Shown here: positions 13,305 to 21,594 of the stretch, piece after piece
How positions within the stretch are numbered: the first letter of the stretch is position 1
Layout: each line of letters begins with the position of its first letter
DNA from: Phaeosaccion multiseriatum
Taxonomy: Eukaryota > Protista > Ochrophyta, other classes
Length of the DNA: 64,000 nt
NCBI GenBank assembly: GCA_965112735.1
Contig: OZ218954.1
Span: 1-64,000, forward strand
Direction: 5' to 3'
Translations under genes and position numbers: made by a program
Notes under the pieces: generated by a model
The model's input: only the letters and a program-made list of their open reading frames with translations
The model's database searches: none
Told to the model about the DNA's origin: nothing

Positions 13305-13598
13305 TGTTAGAAGTCGTACTTTTGCTAGACTGATACCTGCCCTCTGAATTCAGACCGGGAGGTATCAGTCTAGCAAAAGTACGACTTCTAACAAGACCGT
13401 TGCTAGAAGACGAACCCCCCCCCCCCACCGCACATAGTGGAGAGAAGTAACTCGCAGTCTGAGAATCAGCATCATGGGCCAGCAAGCTGGTAACAGTTTT
13501 CGCCGAAAAATACGCTTTTTCACAAGCGACAGCTAAGGTTCGAACTCACAACTAGCCTTGTTAGAAGTCGTACTTTTGCTAGACTGATACCTCCCCTC
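13305..13598. mobile_element. Hairpin-terminal mini-element, family 1, second copy (hairpin 13305-13393, spacer, half hairpin 13559-13598)
   Basis: Nearly identical to 9341-9630. The right hairpin is cut at its loop and fused to gypsy pol sequence. Confidence 0.85.
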
Positions 13599-13620
13599 CG
13601 ACGCGGAGGCGAGCGCGGAG

Positions 13621-16600
13621 GTGGCCGCTGTCATTCTTGCGGACGAGGGTCCCTCCGATACCATGGCGGCGGCTATGGCAGTGGACGAGGGTGCTTCCGC
13701 TGCGGAGCCGGCGGTATCGAAGTCGTCTCCCGCGGGTGTCGCACAGACGGTGTCAGCAGCTCCGACAGTGGACGAGGGTGCGTCTGGCGGAGGGGAGCCG
13801 GTCTGGCACCCACCGCAGGGGCCTGTGGTGCGCTGTGCGGCAGTACCCGAGGAGGCTGAGTTGGGGGCCACGGTGCTTCCATTGCGAGCGGTGCAGGTGC
13901 AGGCACTGTCGCCTCCGGCGGCAGGGGTGTCAGCGACGTTTGTGCCGCCGCCGGCGCCGGCGGTCAAGGCCCGGTTTCAGCATTTACGGCGGCGCGGCAA
14001 GAAGGGGAGTCAGTGTCGTCAGAGTCGAGTGGGCGCTGGGCGGTTGCAGCGGCAGCAACGGAGAACGGCATCCAGCCTTGTGGAGTCTCCGGTACTGTGG
14101 GATCGGGTTCATCGGCAAGCAGTGTTGGAGCACCATGAGCAGGTGCGACTACAAGTTTTGCCGTTGCAGCGGGAGCGGTGCGCTGACGACACCTGCGTCT
14201 GGTATCGCCGAGGGCTTCGTCTCGCTTGGGGCAGTGACTTGGGGCGACGCCATGTGCAGCGGGAGCGACGCGTACCCTTGGCGGATTCGGCCAGCTGGCA
14301 GCTCGAGCACGTGCCAGCCAGACGCGCTGACATACCACGAGTTGTTGCGAAGGAGGATACAGCAGCATGGTTGGCAACGCAGCAGGCTCAGCGGTTGCAA
14401 GTGGCCCGGCAGCAGGCACGGCAGCACCGTCAGTGGGTATTGCAGCGGCAGCACAAGGCGCAGCGGGAGGAGCTCTTTAAGCGCGCGGATCGGGCTGCAG
14501 CTCAGCAGGTTCAGAGGTCCAAGGCGGTGCAGCAGGTAGCAGAACCGCTGCAGGTCCAACACGTGGCGGTGTCTGCTGCTTCCACCAGCAGGCCTGTGAC
14601 AGGGGCGGCGTCGTCAGTGGCGTCGGAAGCAGCGCCATTGCGGTCTGTGGTAGGTTCAGCGTCGGCGGCTGTGGGCACACCATTGACTGACCTACGCGGT
14701 GATGGGTGGGTACTGGATGCGGATGGTGCCTTGCGACTCGGTAGCCAGAGTGACACGTCCGGTGGGACTCTGATGGCAGGAGTGCAGTTGATCAAGGAGT
14801 GGTATCCTCACCTGTCAGAGCGAGTGCATGGCCGTCTGCGCGAGTGCTTGGTTGCGGCGGAGGTGGGGGCTGTGACAGCACTACTGCTCCTGCGCTCCCA
14901 TGTGCACCAAGCCGCTGGCACGGGTCTGAGCGGTGTTGGGGACGTAGCTGTGGCAGCATGGGCCCAACAGCTCTTGTCCTTGTGGTCTAGTCGCCCATTA
15001 CAGCAGCAGGCGAAGGTGGAGCAGGATATGACCAATGCGCTGCTGCTCCTGCTCCAATTGCAAGCCGTGCTGCAGGAGAGTCGCTGTCTTGGTGGGGGCG
15101 TGGAGTCGTGGGATGCAGGAGAGCTTGTGGTGGAGCAGCGGCGCCGTGCCCAGCTCACTACGGAGAGGGCTCAGTTCTGGCTCAGGGAGCTACCGTCGCC
15201 CCTGCACGCTATCACGATTGGCGACGGTGCCTGGACGGAGGTGCAACGCTGGGGACTGGTAGCGATCCTTCGCGCTCGGTCGCAAGCATTCTGTCAGAGG
15301 CCTGGTGACTACGGTCGGACGGATACTCTCTTCTTTGAGTGGGGACTGAAGGATGCGAATCAGCAGCCCATTCGGAGCTCCGCTCGACGGTATCCTCCAC
15401 ATTTGCGGCGGGGGATTGAGATTGAGATTGACAAGCTTCTCGCGGCTGCCATCATTCGCCCCAGCACTTCCAGCTGGGCCACTCCGCTGATGGCGGTCTT
15501 GAAGACGGACGCAGCTGGCAAAACCAAGTGTCATGAGGATGGGACGCCTGTGGTACGTATGACGTGTGACTTGTCTCAGCTGAATGATGCGTGTCGCACG
15601 GAGGCCCCTGCGATGCCGGTAATTGATGATCTGCTGGCAGAGATGCATGGATCCAAGGTGTTCTCGGTGATGGACATCATGTCGGGCTACTTCAATGTGC
15701 CGATGGCATCAGCAGCGGAAGAGGATATATCCACCTTTGTGTGCCACAGTGGTACTTACGCTTGGCGAGTGATGCCGCAGGGCGCGAAGAATGCGCCTGC
15801 AGTCTTTGTGCGGCTTATGAATACGGTGCTCAAAGGGCTTCAGGAGCATGTGGCATGCTTTGTGGACGATATTGCAGTGTTTTCGGCTACGGTGGAGCAG
15901 CATCTGGAGCATTTGGATGCGGTGCTTGCGCGGTTGGTGGAGCACAAGCTCAAGCTGGAGCCGAGTAAGGCAGTGTTGGGTGCACCGGAGGTGCGGTTCT
16001 GCGGGCATTTGCTGGATCAGAACGGGGTGCGCACAGACCCGGCTAAGCATGCGGCGGTGCAAGAGCTGGTCAAGCCGTTGAGGTTACTTGCGAAGGATGG
16101 TGGCGTCAATCGAGTTAAGCAGGTGCGGCGCTTCATTGGCATGCTCAGCTATTTTCGCCGCTTCATTCCGGAGTTTGCGCGCAAAGTGCGGCCCCTCAAT
16201 GGGCTACTGCGTAAGGGCGTCGACGTGAGCACCGCCTGGAATGCCTCGCACGATGCAGCTTGGGATGGACTCGTCGCCGACTTGTTGTCTTCTCCTGCGC
16301 TGGCCTTTCCGGAGTACGGGCCAGAGACGACTTTCACCCTCAGCACCGATGCTTCGACGGACGGTTTAGCAGGAGTGCTCTCCCAGACAGATGCGACCGG
16401 CGAGGAGCGGGTGGTGACATTCATCAGTCGGGCTACCACAGAGACTGAGGCCCGACTGAGCAGCACGGAGCTGGAGCTGCTGGCAGTGGTGTGGTGTGTG
16501 CGTAAACTGGCCATGTACATCTGCCACTACCCCACCACCGTGGTGACAGACCATCAGCCCTTGTTGTGGTTGGCGGGGCACAAGGACACCAATTCCAAGC

Positions 16601-19487
16601 TGTTCAGATGGTACGAGCGACTCTCTACGCACCACTTGCAGTTTGTGCATCGACCGGGGCGCCAACTGGTGGTGCCTGACTGCCTTTCGCGCAATGCGCT
16701 GCCAGTGCAGGAGTGGGACACGCATGCGGGGGTGGACTTGGCCATGGTGGAGTGCGAGGGGCCGTCGCCCTTGCACACATGGTGTGCTTCGATGGGAGTG
16801 CAGGTGCACATGGTTGAGATGGTGGGGGACGAGTGCAGCCTTCATTGGGAGGAGCCCACGGAGGGAGAACTGCTTCGCTTTCTTGCCGTGGCTCAACAGC
16901 TGCAGGGCGAAGCAGACACTCGCCTCCCTACCCCTGTGCCTAACGGGACAGCGCAGCAGCAGCAGCAGCGGTGCCACCAGCAGCAGCAGAGCGGCGAGGA
17001 GGCCCTACAAGCCTGGCAGACTGCAGAGTCGGACTTGTCTGCGACGCAGTCACGCAGGGGTACTGCTCGGCGTGCTTGGACACAGCGTCTCCAGCAATGT
17101 GGATGGCAGCCTACGCGAGCACCTCAGCTGGGTGTGAAGAAGGCTGTGATAGAGGCCTGGCAGCCGGGTCAGATGCCGCCATTTGTGAGCCACATTTCCG
17201 CAGCGAGGTGCACGTACGTGTCTACGCCGAGGCACGTGCAGGCTCTATCGACTCAGTTGCGCACAGCCAAAGTGGTCGCTATGGATTCGGAGTGGGCGCG
17301 TCACCGACGGCGCGCGTCGCTGCTGCAATTGGCCGTGCAGGTTGGGCCGCTGCCGGATGTGGCGCGTGATTATGGGCTCTTGATTGATCTAGACGCGCTT
17401 CAGAAGGCGGGGGGTATGATGGCACTGGGGCAAGTGTTGCGGGACCTGTGGGCCGAACCCTCGATTGTGAAGCTGGCTCACCACTGGAGTCACGACCAAC
17501 GTGCCCTGGGCCGATGGCCGGCGCTTGCGGAGCATGTCCAGCACATCGTCAACTTGGTGGACACCAGTGACCTCTTTAAGCGCGTGTGCCCCGAACATGC
17601 CCAGTTCATCGGACTCCAGGACCTTGTCAGCATGTTTTTGGAGCAACACCTTAGCAAGGAGGAGCGGGCCACCGATTGGACGAAGCGGCCGCTGTCCGCC
17701 GCTCAACGGGAGTACGCGTTTGCTGACGCTGCGGCGCTCCTCCGTCTCTGGCCTCGCATGGCGGAGTGTGTGCCGTTCGTCCATGGTGGCCCGGGGGTGG
17801 AGCTTAGCGCGATGAGCCCTGCTCACACCCCTGCGGAGCAGGAGGAGATGCAAGTCGGCAGGTTCATGCAGGCCGCGGTTGGTTATTGGGGCGATCGCGA
17901 CCACGTGTCACCGCTCTACATCTTTGGTGTCCACTCCAAGACGTTGGAGGTATTCGACCTGGCCAAACTGCAATTCAAACTGCAGTGCTCGTGGGAGACA
18001 ATGATGCAGATGGTGGAGCGGTTCACGCGGACATATAAGCGCCAGCGGAAGGTGGTGGGCGCGTTGGCCAGTCATCTAGATACCATGATCGAGCTGCCAT
18101 GGAAGCAAGTCAGTCAGGTGTCGCGTGACTACTTTTCGATGTGCACACCAGCGGAGGCTCAGCAAACGGGTGCCGTGGCCGCTCAGGCGTGGGCTGCATG
18201 GGAGGCCGAGCTTGAGGAGGATGCGTCTCGTCTGCCCTCGGAGATGTGTCCAGCTGCCGTTGCTGGTGCCGCCGATGGTGAGGAGCTCGTTCCGGAGGAG
18301 GGCCGCATCGCCCCCCCTGGGGAGCTGTCAGCTGCGGAGTCGCCGTCGGAGCCTGGTACGGCAGGCGGCGATCTACTGGCCACGGAAGAAGCAGCGGATG
18401 CAGTTAATGAAGCGGAGGATGCAGTGGATTCAGTTTCTAAGGAGCCGGTGGAGCAGGAGCCCACCTTGCAGCTCGAGCTTGATGTGCATCGACGAGAGGC
18501 AGAGCGACAGTTCGGGTGGTCTCTACCAGGCACGGTTCCTGCTGCCGCCGCGCACAGACGAGCGGCTGGAGCTTTGGGTGGCAGTCTGCATGTCGAGGCC
18601 GCGTGGTGGGTGCGTGCGCAGCGGGCTGATGCGGAGCTGGAAGCACTCCGTCGTCGGGTTCAGGCTGGCCCCACGGGCGGCGTGGTGGATGCTGGTGGGG
18701 GTGAGTTCTTTGTGGACGAGGACGGGCTCCTGATGCGTAAGTGGGCTCCTGGGGGCTTTCGGTGGCGGGTGCGGCACACTCGGCTACAAGTGTGTGTGCC
18801 CAAGGAGATGCGGCCAGCCTTGCTGCATACCGCCCACACCGATGCCATCGCAGGTGGGCACCAAGGGCCGGGCCGTATGCTGGATGCGCTGCAAGAGCGC
18901 GTATGGTGGGAGAAGATGAATGCACACGCGCTGTATTGGGCCCGCTCTTGTCTGGCGTGTCAGACACGCAAGACTCCTCGCCGGCAGCCAAAGCCTGTGC
19001 CTCTGTCGTCCATTTCCAAGGTGGATGGACCTTGGGCGGTCATGGGCGCTGATGTGGCCGGCCCCTTTCCTATGGGCATGGGCGGTGAGGAGTATCTCTT
19101 GGTGTTTCAGGATTGGTTCACGAAGTGGACAGTGGTGGTGCCTTTGAGGGCACAGGACTATACGGCGGAAGGTATTGCTCGGGCCTTCGTGCGGCATGTC
19201 GTCACCACCCTGGGTGTGCCCCGAGTGCTGGTGAGCGATCAAGGCTCGCAGTTCACCAGTGCGCTCATGGGCGACCTGATGCGGGTTCTATCGGCGTCGC
19301 AAGTGTTCACGACGCCGATGCATCAGCAGGCCAATGGGCAGGTGGAGCGTTTCATGGCCACGATCAAGGACATGTTGGCGACGACCGTGGAGACACAGAT
19401 GCAGCAGTGGCCGGATTACGTCGCCGGGCTCACCTATGCGTACAACTGCCGCTCGCAGGAGAGCACGGGGATGGCGCCATTCTACGC
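13621..19487 (+). CDS. Pol polyprotein of outer element, N-terminal part: RT, RNase H, DEDDy exonuclease, integrase zinc finger and core
   Basis: RT: MDIMSGYFNVPM, MPQGAKNAP, FVDD. RNase H: TDAS, ELELLAVVW, TDHQPL, VPDCLSR. Exonuclease: MDSEW, HHWSHD, YAFAD. Integrase: H-H-CLAC, GADVAGP, SDQGSQF, NGQVER. Confidence 0.93.
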
Positions 19488-19687
19488 TGTTGGAAGGCCT
19501 CAGAGCGAGAAGGACCATAAGTCAATGGTCGGTGTGTCCTATATTACGTAGATTCTGAGTGGAGGAGAACGTCAGAACGGTGATCTTGGTATAAGGAGAG
19601 CCTAGCAGCAGGGCTTGCAAACGGGTTCCATCCCGCATAATATATCAAGGGTTACCACTTGTCTAAGCGGCTTAGGTCGCTTTTACA
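19488..19687 (+). repeat. 5' LTR of inner element
   Basis: TGTTGGAAGG...CTTTTACA. No difference from the 3' LTR seen by eye. TATAA at 19590. Confidence 0.95.
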
Positions 19688-19956
19688 ACCCGTTTTGACA
19701 CAATTGCTGGTGAGGATATCCTAAAAACAAAGGAAGGAAAGGAAGGCAGGACAGGACCGGGAAGGCAGGAGGCACACAGTCCATCTAGGACCAGACTCGG
19801 AGGCGGTAGGTAGTACCAGCACACGGCCTACAGGGGACAGTGGCTGCCACAGCGGTGGGCAGAGGATAGGCAGCAGGCAGGGAGCGAAGAAAAGCAGAGG
19901 AGGCACAGCAGTGTGGAGGTGACGTGAGGGGCGCTCGGTCGGCCACAGCGGCACCC

Positions 19957-21594
19957 ATGGCGGATTCTCCCACCAGTGTGGTCCCGAGTGGTGTTCGGAC
20001 TCGCGCCCAGCGCGCTGCCGCTGAGGAAACACGTGCTGCAGGCGAGGCAACAGCGACGGTCACGCCCCCATCGACTCCTCGTACGTCAGGATTTCTCCAG
20101 CGTCTCTCTGGTGGTCTCACTGGGTTCCTCTCTCGGCAGTCGGCGGCCCTCTCGGCGGCTGACGAGGCGGAGGTGGACGCTCAGGCTGAGCGGGATGTGG
20201 ACCGGGTTATCCAGGCGGGCGCTCTGCATGCTGCTGCCCTCGAGGCTGATGCCGCGGCTGGAGCGGTGGAGGAGGAGGAGGAGGAGAATTCGGAGGAGGA
20301 GGAGGAGGAGGAGGAGGAGGAGGAGGCGGCGGAGGAGGAGGAAGGGACGGCTTCGGCGGCAGCGGGGATGGCAGGGGGTACTGTGGGCGCTGCAGCCCCG
20401 ACCGTAGCGGAGGCAGCGGGCGGCATCGCTGTCGGTGACGGGTTGGGGGTGCAGCAGCGGTTGCTAGCGGCTCAGATGTTGGGGCTGCAGCAGCAGATGG
20501 CCAGTTTGCATCTCCAAGCCTTGCCGCCCGGTGGCCCTGTGCTGGGGGGGGGGGTGCAAACGATTCGGAGCTTGCCCGCTAACCTCTCTCTCCTGCCCAC
20601 GCTCACCTGGGGCATGACGCACCGGGCCACGTTGGAGGTCTTCTCCAAGTGGATGCAGCAGCTGGAGTCCTGGGGCTACATGCGGCACGGGGAGGTGAAG
20701 GAAGAGCAGGGGGTGGAGGTGCAGCGTCTCATGCTTGAGGGTTTCTCGGTGATGGAGCGGCGTAAGCTCGTTACAGCGGTGAGTGTGGAGAGGTCTGCAT
20801 CTGACACTCCGCCTTTCTACCACGCGGCCGTGAGGGCGCTATTCCGGTTCTTCTACACGGTCGAGCTGCAGAGCCCCGCGGTGGTACGGAGTCTGGTGAC
20901 GTCCGAGTTGACGAGTTGCATGGAGTCCAATCTCAAGCTGGTGACGGGGGTGTATCAGGTTAACGGCCTCAGGGCCTTGTTGGCGCAGGTCGGCGGCGAT
21001 GCGCTGGCCGCCCTCGTGGATCAGGAGGGGATGGCGGTTCTGGAGGCTCAAGCCATGCATCGGCGCAGGGGCATCAGTCAGCAGTCGCTCACCAATGCCA
21101 TCTTGCAGGAGGTGAACATGGCGATGGCACACAAGCACTCCTGGGCGGCCTTGGGGACTATGTTGGAGCGGAAGTGCCCCCAGGAGTTCGAGCAGGTGCT
21201 CATGGACCACAGCCAGTTGTCGTGCGGGGGTGGCGGTGGTGGCAGTGGTGGTGGGGGCGGTGGGGGTGGCAGGCCTCGGAGGGAGAGCATGGACATCAAC
21301 GCCGTGGATCTGCCGGCTTCTGCTTCCGCTACCACCCCCATGGCGGCATCGGGTGCCACCCCGCAGACTGTGGGGGCCGTGGTGCCGGCTCTGCACGCGC
21401 CGGCGGATCGCTGCTATGGGTGTGGTCAGACAGGGCACTTCCGTTTTGGGTGTAATGTGGTGCCCCCAACCCCGGGTCTGAAGCGCGCGTTGATGAAGCA
21501 ATTGAAGCGGAAGCTGGCGGAGGACCCGGATTTCGACGCCATCTCCGAGATGGTTAGGGGCGTGCAGGCAGAGGCAGCGGGTGGTCTGTTGTGA
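19957..21594 (+). CDS. gag: Gag protein
   Basis: ORF after the 5' LTR with a CCHC zinc knuckle (CYGCGQTGHFRFGC) near the C-terminus. It ends in TGA, in frame with pol. Confidence 0.85.
   Translation: MADSPTSVVPSGVRTRAQRAAAEETRAAGEATATVTPPSTPRTSGFLQRLSGGLTGFLSRQSAALSAADEAEVDAQAERDVDRVIQAGALHAAALEADAAAGAVEEEEEENSEEEEEEEEEEEAAEEEEGTASAAAGMAGGTVGAAAPTVAEAAGGIAVGDGLGVQQRLLAAQMLGLQQQMASLHLQALPPGGPVLGGGVQTIRSLPANLSLLPTLTWGMTHRATLEVFSKWMQQLESWGYMRHGEVKEEQGVEVQRLMLEGFSVMERRKLVTAVSVERSASDTPPFYHAAVRALFRFFYTVELQSPAVVRSLVTSELTSCMESNLKLVTGVYQVNGLRALLAQVGGDALAALVDQEGMAVLEAQAMHRRRGISQQSLTNAILQEVNMAMAHKHSWAALGTMLERKCPQEFEQVLMDHSQLSCGGGGGGSGGGGGGGGRPRRESMDINAVDLPASASATTPMAASGATPQTVGAVVPALHAPADRCYGCGQTGHFRFGCNVVPPTPGLKRALMKQLKRKLAEDPDFDAISEMVRGVQAEAAGGLL

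Noticed and set aside
19706-19722. TGGTGAGGATATCC as a tRNA primer-binding site
   Set aside because: It starts ~20 nt from the LTR end and I cannot match it to a tRNA 3' end. The self-complementary motif fits the position better.
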